Origin: the human T2T-CHM13v2.0 reference genome, Homo sapiens
Length of the DNA stretch: 64,000 bases
Reading direction: 5' to 3' (one strand)
Assembly (NCBI RefSeq): GCF_009914755.1
Contig: NC_060932.1
The first letter of the stretch is position 1. Each line of letters starts with the position of its first letter. The translations under genes and the position numbers were made by a program. Positions 12,431-26,960 of this stretch are shown one piece after another. The notes beneath the pieces were generated by a model. The model made no database searches and was not told the DNA's origin. It worked only from the letters and a program-made list of their open reading frames with translations.

Positions 12431-12659
12431 GGCGGCTATTAGGCACCAATCACGTTTAGGACATACTGTTAGATGCTCTGTGGGTCACATCCCTCCAAAA
12501 CTTATACAATTGCATTTTTACAAAAGGTACTTAAATATCAAATGAGTACTCACTCGCTCACTCAGGGTACCGTATATCAGTCAGGACATGAGTTTTCTTG
12601 GCAGAAAATGCTCTCAACCTGGGCGGTGTGAAGAGAGCATAATGAAGGGAATATTTACC

Positions 12660-14120
12660 AAGCTGTGAGCAGGCTTAGGAAGAGCAGAAGAAATAGTGCA
12701 GGACCTGGGGTGCACGGTGGGAGGAGCAGGTTCCCGCCCGAGCTGCACTGCCCATGGGAAGCTGGAGGACGGGGCAGCCAAGGGGAGTGGGGAGTGGCCT
12801 CAGAGCACCAGGCAGAGTGGGCAAGGCTGAGGGGTGGACCTGAGGGGCCCTTTGGTAAAGGTGGCAGTGGTGATTGGCCTGAAAACACACACTTGCCAAG
12901 ACGGTCCTGCCCACGGAGCCCTGGAAGGTGGAGGAAGGTGGCAGGTGGCAAGTAGAGTCCTCTCTAAGAAGCAGAGCGCCAGGTCTCAGTTGCTGCTTGG
13001 ACTTCAGAGTGGAGAAAGGAGAAGAAGCCCGGGGTTTCTGAGTTTTGATTTAAATAAAACCAGATAAATAGACCATTACCCTAAAGTTAACAAATGGAGG
13101 ATATGAAAGAATGAAGAGAGTTCCAGGGGAAAGACAAGGAGTTTGATTTTAGCACTTCTGAATTGGAAGTGTGGTGGGACATCTGATAGGCACCAAAACT
13201 GTGGAATGGACCCAGTGCTGGGGATCAGCCAGTCATTGACCTCACTGGGGGTGGACAGGGTCTCTCTGGGTTCAAGGGCCATCCCTGCGGAAGCTTGTCC
13301 TCTGCAGAGGACTGTAGATTTGATTTTGAGTTTGAGGTTTGGTTAGAATTTACCCTGGTAGAGAGCAGGAAAGAGTTTAAATCTCCTTTAGCAGCCAAGA
13401 TCTGTAGGAATGGCTCCCCAGGCTGGGTTTGGGAGAGTCCACAGCAGGCAGGGGCCAGAGAGGCTCCCGAGGATGAAGGCGGCTGAGGACGGAGGTTGTG
13501 GTGGAAGAGGAGGTTATCACCAGTTGTGGAAGTTTCCAAGGTTAATGCACGTGAACTTTTTCACACAAGGCAAAAGTGAGGGACCACAGGGACAGCAAAG
13601 TTTTGAACAGAAAACTTACACTATACTGTGAGGGTGTTTGATGGGCACTGTGATTGTCTGCTGACTGGGCGGGAATGGGCTTCTGGCTCTCTGGTTCACT
13701 ATTTGTCTGCAGAGCAGGGGGACAACACCCAGAGCTCTGTTGCAGAAATTAGAATACAAACCAAGCAAGAAAGGAATGAGTTAAGGAATGAGCCTATGGG
13801 CCTCTATAATGAGAGAGTGATGCTATCTTTGGTAGAAATTGGAGAGTCAAGGGGGCTGAGTTAAGGGAAGGTGTGGCCCTCTGGCCCTTGGGATAAGGAA
13901 GGAAAACCACGCATTTCCTTGTCAATGCACCAAATTTGAAATGATGATGTGAAATTCAAGGGGAGATGTCTAGTTACAGCTGGAAGAATGCACCTACAAC
14001 TTGAGAAAAATGTCAAGGCTGTAGCTTCAAATTTCAAAGTCAGTTCTATTAGTGTAAAGACAATTGCCGAAGAATACAATCTGCAGAGACAACTGCAAAG
14101 GGCAAGGTCTCAGCTGCAGG
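12660..14120 (-). mobile_element. Fragmented L2 relics (antisense)
   Basis: Purine-rich stretches with L2 motifs (gagtttgattttagcac...gtggtgggacatc; ggagatgtctagttacagctgga...aatttcaaagtcag); discontinuous. Confidence 0.5.
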
Positions 14121-15959
14121 GTTCGCCCACAGTCAGGTGGGAGGCGAGATGGTGCGCTCCCACAGAGAAGCAACCAAGCACTGAGAGGAGCTGGAACAGG
14201 CTTGCCAGCAAAAGCATGACACTATTTTTGACCAGTTCTGAAGAGACACAACTAACCTGCTGTAGACCTGCCTCTGGTAAAACATGCCCAGCCTGTGGGC
14301 AATGCAAATCGGTAGGTCAGGGACCCAGTTCATGAGGATTTTCCAGTTAGTCTCTGATGACAGCTTTTCCACGAACAGACTTCAAAGCTGTATGTTATGA
14401 AGGTAAAAGTCATTGGCAGATAAGGAATTCTTGCTGTGCTCATTTCTATCTCAGAAGAGGGCCCAGATATAAGTAAGTCCCTCTCTGGACTTTGGAGATA
14501 CAGACACAGGCATGGGGAGTTGGGCTCGGGGAGTAGAGTGTGCTCATGTTGGTTCTGTGAGAATCTTCATCTCTTGTCTGGTTTAATGTTATTTTAAAAT
14601 AGTGTTTGTGGTTTAATCATTTTTTGAGATCTTGCTACTAGATTTTTAAAATCTGTTGTTAGAAGCCAGGATAATTGGCTCATATAATTGTTTTTGAAAC
14701 AGATCTAATGCAAGACATTTTGTCCTGGTGAAGCTGAGCTGTGCATCTGCTGAGCTATGGGCAGACACTAAGAAGGACCCCAGCTGATTAGCAGAGTTGT
14801 GCCCTTGCCAGGAATTGGATCTGAGGCACATGTGGCCATCCTCATGACTCAGAGGAGGTGGGGACTGAAATCACTGTGGGCTGAAGAGGCCTGGCTGGAA
14901 GCCGGCCTGCATGCTGCTGAGATAAGCAGTTCTCTCCCAGCCAGCAACATATGCCTCCCTGTCCCTGGGGAGTGGGCCCCAGCTTCCTCTCCTCACCCCC
15001 CTACCCGCCACCCCCCAACTCTCCCACTCCCTGGAGGCCCTGAGCTATCACAGCCCTTCCCTGGGAGAAGCCTGGCCCAGCCCGGGTTTTGGCCTGCAAC
15101 TAACACATTGCGTACACCACCGTTATCTCTTCACTTAAGTCCTGAAAGGGGTCAATAAAGTTACTCAAGAAGGACTGGGAGGCTCAGCCAGATCCATTTC
15201 AGATTGTGATGTTACAAGTTCTTGGACTCTTGACTCTGGCAAAAAGCAGAAACAAACAAAAAAAGATTTCGATCATCAGAATTACTGTAAAATTAAAAAC
15301 CGTTTTCAGCAACCATGACCACAGGCCGCTTGAAGCCGGTGACTGGTAGGAACTTGGGATTGTAAAAAAAATAGTTCCTGTCTTCTCCTTTTTATTACAA
15401 CTCAGCTAGCAACGACTGTGTAGGCGGCGGGCGATCAGAAATAAATGTCTGACTTGGATTTTGCACAGTTGGGTCTCGCTTCAAAGCATACTGCCTGCCT
15501 GCTGACCCAGCTAGAGTTTTTACAGGGACAGCAACTAGGTGTCGTTTGGGAACTGACAGGGCCGCTCCGGGGCTGCGCCTGGGAGCTTGCTGCTTTGCAG
15601 GTCTCTGCTGATCAGAAAGCCGCCAGCTGTCCTGTTTCCCGCGCTATTCCCGGAACACCATAGAAACGCATCCCTTTTCTTTTGCTTTTTTTTCCCCCCC
15701 AGGTCATTTTATTCTTCTTTGATTCCTTCTCCTCCCTCCTCTTTCTCTTTCTTTTGTTTTTACAGTCCCCTGTAATGACTAATTGGCAGTGTTTCCCAGC
15801 TTTTTTATGTTTCTCTTGCTCTGGTTACAAGTCGTACTAACGCGGTAATACCCACAGGGACCTATAGACAGCCAACATTTCCAAATGATATACAGCATTC
15901 CCCTTTCTTTCAAAGTGTAAAACATTTACAAGGAAATGTACAAATGTATTAGGAACATT

Positions 15960-16330
15960 TCCCCGGTCGGTCATTAGCGCGCGCTCTCCCCGCGCCCAGG
16001 GTGCCCCCGTGCCCAGGGTGCCCCCGTCCGGCGCCTCCGCGGTCCCCTCCCGCGCGCACCTTTCCGAGTGCCAGTGGGGCGGCCCCGAGACCGCAATTGC
16101 TCTGGCCCGGATTGACGAGCCTCCGATGCCCATTTACTGCGCGCGGCAGCCACTCTGGAGCCGCGGCACATCTGGATGGAGTCAGCTGCCTAGCGCCAGG
16201 GGCCAGCACGGCCCAGCCAGCGGAGCGCGGCGGTGAGCGCTAGGGAGGCCGGCGCCCGGGCCGCCTCCGCGGCCGACCCCCTGTCCCCACCCGAGCAGGA
16301 TTTCCTGATGTAAACACAGCGGCTCTGCGA
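15960..16330. promoter_or_regulatory. Small CpG island (promoter- or enhancer-like)
   Basis: Very high GC and dense CpG (gcgcgcgc, ccgcgg, cgcgcg) against a CpG-depleted background; not repeat-derived; weaker CpG shoulder at about 15420-15670. Confidence 0.85.
15994..16027. repeat. 17-bp tandem duplication in the CpG island
   Basis: gcccagggtgcccccgt twice. Confidence 0.95.
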
Positions 16331-18141
16331 GAACAGAGCTGCTCTCCTGAATGTGTCATTTAGTGTTCTTTATCTGCTTGGGGTCAGCATAGCGACTTAG
16401 AAAAACAGCAGTCTTGCTTTGAATTTAAACAGCGAAGAAGCCAGAGGGTCCTGTTCCGTATGGGGGGAGGGAGAGGCCTGGAAACCTAGCTCCTGCTTTC
16501 GTGTTTACTTTTTCCACTTTATGGTAATTTGGGGGCTAATTTCATTATCTACAGCCAAACTGGAAACAAGATGCTGTTTCTGTGAATGGTGCTAAAGGCA
16601 TGTGTGAGTTTCTGTGCAGTAGGTTGAAAGTTCCAGAGGCCCCACCAGTGCCTGGCAGGCTCTTGCCCTGCTGCAAAGTGTTCGGACAGTGACTTTTTCA
16701 GGGGGAAGCGACTGCCCCGCAGGTGGCAGAAAGAGCATCGCTTTCTGTCATTGAGTACCAGCCAGGAATGTGCTTCCATCCTAGGTTTCCAGAAAGGCTC
16801 TGGTCTTGGGGGCTGAAGGGACAGGTTTCCTATCCCAGACGGTGGGATGTGTTTCCTCTCCTATTTTTAAAGGAATGGGAACAGCTCCTCTGCTGTGTCT
16901 GGCGGCAGGCTGGTCCCTTTCTCCATTTAGCTGTGCGGGTGGGCTTTCCTCTTTCTATGACAGGGAATGGGATCTTAAGGATTTGTGGTTCTGAAGGTTC
17001 ATTAAAGTAGAAGTCAGCCGATGATAAAGCATGATAAAGTCATTTTGAAATAGACGGTAGAGAGGGAAAATACAAAATGATGGCAGAGTTTGTGTTGTCA
17101 TCACCAATAATTAAAATGAAATGTAGATGTGTTTCCAGTTCAGTCACAAGCCATTTAAGCCGTCGCGTCTAGAAAATTTCAACTGGCGGCATCATCCTCA
17201 GATACTGGCAGAGCTTCCCTAACCCTCAAGTAGGAACGAGGTTTGCAAAAGCCTTTAAATGGAAATCAGGAGGCCATGTGTGCATATCTGAGGGTAGAAT
17301 TTGGCCAATATGCAGGATATGAACAGGCTTGGGAGAAGCTCTGGGCTGCTGGTATAAGATTTCAGTAGTGCAGCTTCATGGAAAGATTTGTCACACTGTT
17401 TTCAGTCTTCTGCCACAGACAATGGCTGGACTTCAGGAGCACTTTTCTGTTGGAAGAATTGGGGTACATCACCAAACTTCACAGTCACTTCTGTGTTAAC
17501 GAAGGGGTCAGTCAAAGCCAACTCTTATTTGTGTTGGGGGATTAATCACCAATGAATTGGTTAATAGAGAACACTTTTTCATCCCACACACTGTATTTTG
17601 ATGAATTTGCCAGAAGGTGAGCCAGGACTGCTGGAGAGAACCAGGGTCCGACTTGGCAAATTGGCTGTTAGCAGATCTGCGTGGTTGTTTGATAAGGAGA
17701 TGGGGCCAAAACCAGTTAAGACGAGGTTTGTTTACAGCAATTCCCCCCGTGCCTGCAAAGGCAAATATAGGACTGGCTCTGAGCTCCCTTCACGTGCCAA
17801 TATACTAATGTCACAACTAGGATATTGATATTGACACAATCCACTTACCTTATTCAGTTTTACTTGCACTCATTTATGTGTGTGATTATTTGTTCTGTAT
17901 AATTTTATCACATGTGTAACTTCCCACACACACCACCGCAGTCAGGAAAATAGTTCCATCTCCACAGGTATCTCCCCTGTAACCATTTTATAAAAGGCCA
18001 CATCCACTTCCACCCTGCCTGTGCCTTCCCTGCCTCTCCTTTTCTAATCCTTGCCATCATGAATTTGTTCTCTATTTCTAAAATTTAACCATACCAAAAA
18101 TGTTACATAGAGAGAATCCCACAGTGTAACCTTTTGGGATT

Positions 18142-18142
<1 letters not shown>

Positions 18143-18178
<36 letters not shown>
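18143..18178. repeat. Pure T36 homopolymer
   Basis: Directly visible. Confidence 0.95.
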
Positions 18179-18181
<3 letters not shown>

Positions 18182-20782
18182 CAGCATGATTTCCTGGAGA
18201 TCCATCCAAGTTGTTGCATGCAACAATGGTTTCTTCTTTCTGTTGCCGAGTAGTGTCCCAGCACTACTCAGTGTTTGTCTCAATCACAGTTTGTTTAGCC
18301 ATTCACCGGTGGAAGGACATATAGGCAGATCCCCACTTGTTGCTATTACAAATGAAGCTGCTACAAATTTTGTGTGTAGATTGTTGTGTGAATATCATTT
18401 TCATTTCTCTGAGATAAATGTCTAAAAGTACTATTGGTGGGTTATATGGTAGCTTAATGTTTAACTTTATTGGAAACTACCAAATTGTTTTCCAGAGTGG
18501 CTGTTCTACTTTATATTCCCACCAGCAATATATAAGTGACCCAGTTTCTCTGTATCCTTGCCAGCGTTGGTATTGTCTCTTTTTATCATTTTAGCCATTC
18601 TGGTAAGCGTATAGCAATATCATTGTGGTTTTAATTTTTTATTTCCCTAATGATTAATGATGGTGAACATTTTCTCAGATGCTTATTTGCCATGTGTATA
18701 TCCTCTTCAGTAAAATACTTATTTATGTCTTTTACTTATTTTCTAATTGAATGTTTTAAATGTTGAGTTTTGAAAGTTCTTTATATGCTCTAGGTACTAG
18801 TCCTTTGTCAGATTGGTTTGTCAATATTTTCTCCAGTCTATAGCTTGTCTTTTTATACCCTTCACATGGGCTCTTACAGAGCAAAAAAGCTTTTTAATTT
18901 TAATGAGATCCAAGTTATCAATATTCCTTTTATGGATGTGCTTTTGATTTCAAGTCTAAGGACTCTGCCCAACTTGAGATCCTGAAGATTTTCTCGTAAT
19001 TCTTTTTCTAAAAGTTCATAGTTGTACATTTTACACGTGTGCCTATGATTTAGTTTGAATTAATTTTTGTATAAGAGGCTTAGGTTTAGGTTCTTTTTCT
19101 TTCTTTCTTTTTTTGTCTCTACATGTCCAGTTGCATCAGTGCTATTTTGTGAAAAGACTAGCCTTCGTTCATTGAATTGCTTTCACACCTTTGTAAAAAA
19201 ATCAGTAGAGAGCATTTGCCTGGTTTTATTTCTGGGTTCTCTATTATGTTCCATTAGTCTATGTGTCTGTCCTTTCAGCAGTACCATACTGTCTTGATTA
19301 TTGTAGCTGTAAGACTCGATATTAGGTAGATTGCTTCCTCTTACTTTATTCTTTTTCAAGATTATTTTACCTTTGTCTTTCTACACAAATTTTAGAATAA
19401 GCTTGTCTGTATCTACAAAAAAATCTTTGCTGGGTTTTGATAGAAATTGTATTTAACCTATAGACCCATTTGGGGAGACTCGACATCATTACTAATGTTG
19501 ATTTTTTTTCAATTCATGAACATGGTATGTCTCAGCATTTATTTATGTCTTCTTTTATTTCTTTCATCAGCCTGTGTAATATACAGTACAGAGCTTCTGT
19601 TCAAGCTTTGCTAAGTGTATATCTAAGTATTTCATTTTCTTTTGTGTGCTTATAAGTGGTAAAATGTTTTTAATTCCAATCACCACCTGTTCATTGTTAG
19701 TACACAGAAATGCAATTGATTTTTCAGGCTGATCTTGTATCCTGTGATCTTGCTGAACTCACTTCTTACTCTAGATATTTTCTTTGTAAATTTTTTGGGG
19801 ATATTACCCTTAGGCAATCATAATGTCTGCAAATGCAGACAGTTTTTATTTCTTCTTTTCCAGTATGCCTGCCTTTTATTTCTTTTGCTCGCTTTTTCAG
19901 TGGCTAGAACTTCTAGTACTATGTTAAATAACAGGGGTAGAGCATTGTCTTGTTCCTGATCTTAGGGGGAAAGCATTCGGTCTTCTACCATTAAGTATAA
20001 CGTTAGCTGTGGGTGGTTTTTTGTTTTTTGTTTTTTGTGTTTTTTTTTTTGTAGATGCTAGACACTTTTTTATCAAGTTGGGGTAATTTTCTTCTGTTTC
20101 TAATGTCTATTTTCATCATTCATAAGTGTGGGATTTTGTCAAATGCTTTTCTTACATCAATTAATATGATTTTTCTTATTTGCTTGTTGTTATGGTGGAA
20201 GACATTGACCAATTTCCAAATGCTTAACAAGTTTGCATACCTGGACTAATTATACTTGGTCATGGTATCTAATTCTTTTGATATGTTGTTTGGATTTGAT
20301 TTGCTAATATTTTGTTAAGGATTTTTGCATTTAAGTTTATTACATATATTGATCCGTAGTTTTCATTTTATTTGCATTCTCTTTGTGTGGTTTTGGTTTC
20401 AGAATAATACTAGCATTAATAAATAAATTGGCAGTGTTTCCTCTTCTTTCATTATCTGGAAGAAATTGTGTAAGATTCATTTCAATTTTTCTTTAAATGT
20501 TTGGTAGAATTCTTTTATCTAGTAAAACCATCTGTCCTGGAGATTGCTGTTTTGGGCAGCTTTTTAATTATAAGCTAAATTTTGACCAATGTCTTTATTG
20601 GTTATAGGACTACTTGGATTGTCTATTTTGTCCTGGTTGAGTTTTGGTACTTTGTGGCTTTCAAGGAATTGGTTCATTTCTTTTAAGTTGGAGAATTTAT
20701 AAGTGTAAATTTGTTCACAGTATTCCCTTGTTATCTTTTTAATGACTGCAGCATCTGAAGTTCTGAAGTGGTATCTTTTATC

Positions 20783-21110
20783 TTATTATTATTATTATTA
20801 TTATTATTTTTTTTTTGGAGGGAGAGGGGACAGGGTCTTACTCTGTCACCCAGGCTGGAGTGTAGTGGTGCCATCTCAGCTCACTGCAGCCTCGACCTCC
20901 TGGGCTCAAGCAATCCTGCTGCTTCAGCCTCCTGAGCTGCTGAGACTACAGGCTCAAGCCACCATGCCTAGTTATTTTTTGTAGTTTATCTAGAGATGGG
21001 GATTTGCCATGTTGCCCAGGCTGGCAATCTTGTAATCCCAGGCTCAAGCAATCTGCCTGCCTCAGCCTCCCAAAGTGCTAGGATTAAAGGTGTAAGCCAC
21101 CATGTCCAGA
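20783..21110 (-). mobile_element. AluJ with (TTA)n-derived tail
   Basis: cagggtcttactctgtcacccaggctgg...gcagcctcgacctcctgggctcaagc...cctcccaaagtgctaggatt. Confidence 0.93.
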
Positions 21111-23105
21111 CTTTCATTTCATTCTTAGTAGTTGTGATTTGTGTTTTCACTCTTTATTTTTGTCAGTCTTACTATGGGCTTATCAATTTTATTAACTTTT
21201 TTCATATAACTAGTTTTTTGTTGCATTGATCTTACCCATTGTTTTCCTATTTTCAATTTTATTGATTTCTGCTCTATGTTATTTTCTTCTTTCTGGCTCC
21301 TCTAGATTGTTTTTCATTCTTTTTTCTCTAGTTTCTTCAGGAAAGAATAGAAACCTTTTCTTATTTCTAATGTAAACATTTAGTGTTATAAATTTCCTTC
21401 TTATTGCTGCTTTAATTACATCCAACATCTTTTGATATATTAAGTTTTTTGTTTTCATTCTGTTATATGCTTTTTAAAAAATATCCCTTTAAGGCTTCCT
21501 TTATAGCCCATACATTATTTAGAAATTTGTTTGGAGGTTTTCCTGTTGTCTTTGTTACTGGTTTCTAGTTTGATTCCATTGTGGTCAGAAAAGATATTCT
21601 GTATCACTTTAATTCTTTCACATTTGTTGATGTTTGTTTTATTGCCCAAACATATGAACTGTCTTGGTAAATGTACCATGTACACTTGAGAAATATTTGT
21701 ATTGTATTGTCGTTATGTAGCTTGTTCTATGTATGTCGGTTAGATCCTATTGGTTGACTTTATTGTTCAGTCCTGTATATCTTTGATGAATTTCTGTCTT
21801 GTAGCACTATCCATTGGTGAGGTAAGGGGCTGTCAAAACAATCAACTATAATTTTCTATTTGTATATTTCTTCTTTCAGTTTCATCTGTTGGTACTTCAT
21901 GTATTTTGAGGTTATGTTGTTTATTGCATACACAATTAAGATAAATATTTCTTTCTGGTGAATTATCTTTATATCCATATAGACTCTTCTTTCTTGTTTC
22001 TAGGAATTTTCTTTGCTCTGAAGTCTACTTTATGAGATATTAATATAACTACTACTGGTCTTCAAAAATTTTTATGTTTATATAGCTTATCTGTTTTCAT
22101 CATTTTCCTTTTGACCTGCCTTGTGTAAGAGTTTTTTGTAAGCAGCATATAATTGGGTCATGTTTATGCATTCTGATAATGTCTACCTTTTGATTTAGAC
22201 AATGCACATTTAAGGTGATTATTGGTATGTTAGTACTTAAAAGTGGTATTTTATTATTTGTTTTCTCAGGTGCTTGATCTTCTGTGTTTCTTCCTTTTCT
22301 CAGGATTACTTGAATGTTGTTTTAAAATTCCAACCTGATTTATTTTTAGTGTTTTAATGTGTCCCTTTGTATAGTTTTTGTCATGGTTGCTCTGGGTTTT
22401 ACAATATACATATATGACTTACAAAAGTTGATTGGTATCAATATTTTACCATTTTCAGCTGTGTGTGGAAATCTCACTTCTCTTTAGGTCTTTTTATCTT
22501 TCCCCTTTAACCATCATTTTGTTATGAATCAGAAGATATTATTTTTGATTCAATTATAAATATAACTTATAAAACTCACCAGGAAAAGGGTAGTCTAGTG
22601 TATGCACCCATGTGTACTCTTTGTCATTTCTTTTACTTTCCTGATTCTCAAAAATTTTTTATCATTTTCTTTCTGTTTGAAGTACTTCATTTATATAATA
22701 TTTAAGGATTGACCTGCTCATGACAAATTATTTAGTTTTCTGCATCTGAGAATGTTTTCATTTCCCCTTCCCTCCTGAAGGTGAGCTTAGCTGGATATAG
22801 AATCCATGGCTGACTATTCTTTTCTCTCAGCACTGAAAAAATATTGTTTAGGGTTTGTTCAGCTTTTTGGATCTATAGATTGATATGTTCTTGACAGATT
22901 TGTGAAGTTTTTAGTTATTATTTCTTTAAACACTCTTTAATTCCCCACCCCCTTCCTTTTCATTTTGAGACTCCAGCGATTTGAATGTTGGCTCTTCTGT
23001 CTCAGAGGTCAGTGAGGGAGAATGTTTTAATTTTTTAAAAATATCTACTTTCTCTCTGCTGTTCATATGGAGTGAATTCTATTGTTCTGCCTTAATGTTC
23101 ACTGA

Positions 23106-23441
<336 letters not shown>

Positions 23442-23722
23442 TCCATTCGGTTCCTTTTTATAACTTTCTTGAGATTTACTTTTTCATTTGTTTCAATAAC
23501 ATTTTAAATTGATTGTTGAAGCATTTCCATGGCTATTGCTTTTACATTCTTGTCAGATAATTCCAAATTTGTATTAATATCACTGTTGACATCAGTTTAT
23601 TGGCTTTTTAAATTCAAGTTGTGAATCTCCTAGTTCTTGATATGACAGGAGATTTTCAGTTGTATGCTGAACATTTTGTCTATTATGTTAGAAGTCTCTG
23701 AGCCCTATTTAAATCATATTTT

Positions 23723-24077
<355 letters not shown>

Positions 24078-24859
24078 TAGGTTCAGCCCACAAGTTTTGG
24101 ACTGTTTTTGTGGACTGTGGTTCTGATGGCAGCTTAATTTTCGGAGTCTTTGCTGTGTTGTTTGGTCTGCTTGGTTTTTCTGGTTCCCTGGGGGCTCCCA
24201 CTGGTCCCTGCTGGTGTGGCCTGTGGATTGGGAAAGGCTTCACTGGGCCAGCTGCCAGGAGGCTCTTGGTGGAAGAAGGATGTGGTGGGACCCATGTGCC
24301 TGTGTCCTGGGCAGCCCAGGCACCTCTGGTCAGGGCAGGAGAGCCCCAGGCCATGGACAACAGAGTTTCTCTGAGCAGCTGCTTGCAGTGGCAGGCCCCT
24401 TTATGGTTCCGCCTCCCACTCCTGTGTGTCTCAGCAGGAAAAGGGCATCTCAGGCCCAGTGGTAAGGAGACCTCCCCTCCAGCCACTGATTTCTGGTGGG
24501 GCTCTGATGGGCCCCTGCCAGTGGTTCCCCTGGTGCTACTGGAACAGCTCTGCTCCATCTGGAGGATGAGCCATCTGAGGACCTGCTGGTGCTGGGTCGG
24601 GGGTGGAGACCATGACTAGTGGCCGTCCTTGCTGGGTGGAGACTGAGACCTGGCACTGTGCTGCTCCTCTTGGGTCTTGGACCCTCTCCTCCAAGAGTCC
24701 TCCTGGAGTTGCTTCATGTGCCATCCATGGTTTCGCAGTTGTGCTTAGTCAGGGGAGCAGGAGCAGGGGGAAGGGTCTAGCCATCTTGTTCCTCCATATG
24801 GCTTCTATCTCAGCCTCTTATCAGTAAAGTCATCCAGTGATTTATTGGGTTTTCCATCA

Positions 24860-25205
24860 TGCAATGAAGCAGTATGGCTATAAGCCCAGCCCTGAATTCT
24901 GACATCCTGGGCTCCATTCAGTCTGTACCATGGCCTTGTAATGTGACCTTGGCCAGTGCATTCTCTGTTCAGGACCAGGATGACCTTCATGCCAGTGTCC
25001 TGAGCTGGTCCAGATTTATTCCTGCTGCCATGATGCAGTAATTAATAGTGAGCCCCTCTCACTCCCTTGGGACTTTGGGTTGGACAGTAAGTTATGTGGG
25101 CATCTCATCCCTATGGCTGCTGTGAGAATTCATTGAGTTAACCCAGGTGACCCAGGTGAAGTACTTGTAATAAATGTCTCAATAACTGTTACCTATTGTT
25201 ATTAT
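24860..25205 (+). mobile_element. MIR relic (interrupted)
   Basis: atgtgaccttggccag...; gctgtgagaattcattgagttaa...ctcaataactgttacctattgttattatt. Confidence 0.5.
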
Positions 25206-26960
25206 TATAAGAATTTATATCAAAAGTGTTATATGTATATAATACATATACATGTCCCACATCAGTCATTTATTAAGTATTAATAAAGCTCTACTTTTTA
25301 ATTTTAGTAAACACGAATATAAATACAAGTTCTAATCTCTCCTCCCACACCCTAGTGGGTTGTCCAGTGTGCCCCTGGAGTCTGATGCTCACAGGTGAGC
25401 ACAGCAGGGCAGTGAGTGGCCGCACAGATGCAGGAGGGATGCATCACTGCTCGGTGAAGAATAATGCCACATGGTAATGCAGGGCACTGATTTTGAGGCT
25501 CCTCTCCATTAACTTCATATCACATACACTGTTCCCAGGGTTATTCCTGCTCTCAGAAGCTCTTAGGATGTGAAGAGAGCAGTGACTCTCTTTGCTTTCA
25601 GGCTGGGACTTAGCTTAGGTGTCTGGCTGTTGGGAAAATTTGGGAAAAGCTTGGCATGTTAATTTAGAGAGGGAAGGATTTGCACAGTGAGGATAAAATA
25701 TCATAAGGAGAATACAGGATGCAATATGCTGTTTAATTTGTGATATTCTCTAATTAAGATTATTTCATATTTTATGATGCAACATAGTAGCATGCGATTA
25801 CTCTGCCCTTGGGAGTAAGCAATCTGGTGAAAAAACAACTCACACAATTAATTGATTCGTGGATTGTCCCCTCTTGGCGGAATCTGTTTGAACTTTGTTC
25901 CCCTGCTGGCTTATTTAGCACCCAGGCATTTTTAATAGTGACAGAAACAACTTTCTTGGTAATTTGCTTTGCTTGTCGATTACATTTTTGTGTCAGTTTA
26001 ATGACATGTAGGACACCGGGCGTGGGGCCAGCTCTGCAAAGGTGTTGGTTTTACCTGTATTTTCTTGCCAAAGGATTTTCTGACAATATGGATGTTTGGA
26101 GAAGACTTACCAGTCTGTTTTTCAAAAAAGATTCATATTTACGGAAAACTACTTTTTAAAAGTTGCGAATAAAAGTCCTTTTTGCCATTCAGGGAAAGAA
26201 CTGAAGAAATATTAGTCATTTATGTTAGGAATTATCCCTACTGCTATCTGCTATAAAGTTTTTAAGAGATAATCTTTTCTTCCCCAGTTTTTATTTTAAT
26301 AATAGTTTTTAGTTATACAGATGTCTTAAAGGGAGTAAATGAGATTCATGGTTATACAATGTGGGAGTCAATGACCCATCAACTACTTTCTTTCTTAATC
26401 TTCAATAGCATTTTTCTTTTATTCTATAAAAAACTTTTAAACCAATTAGTTCTCCTCTGAACTATCAGACTTAAAATTGCTTGAAATTAATGTTCTTTGT
26501 ACCCCAGTGAGATATTGAATCTATCTAAAAATCCTTCAATAATATGATGCCCTAAATGTATTTCTTAAGGGCTTTTGGCTTTATCTCTATAGCTATGTTT
26601 TCTTTTAAAAAGCGCTGGAGACCTTTTCACCTATGGAGTTATTTCTATGTTATTATTAAAAGAGCATTCAGAATAAGACATTTCTCAAAAACCTAATACT
26701 AGAATTATATCTTGTTTGCACAACTTTCCAAACACCTTTAAAAATATTTTATGTTTTCTTACCTGCCTTTTTTCCCCCCACTGGAAAAACCAAGGCCATT
26801 GATTCTATAGTTTTGTCATCCTGATGGGATACACTACGGGCCAGTGTGCTCATGCACATTCCATCCTGCAAGTGCTTACACATGGCAATTAATTTATGAA
26901 GTACACAGATATTTAAGAAAAAGTCATTCACAAATAGGTATCATATGATGTGAAAGTGAA

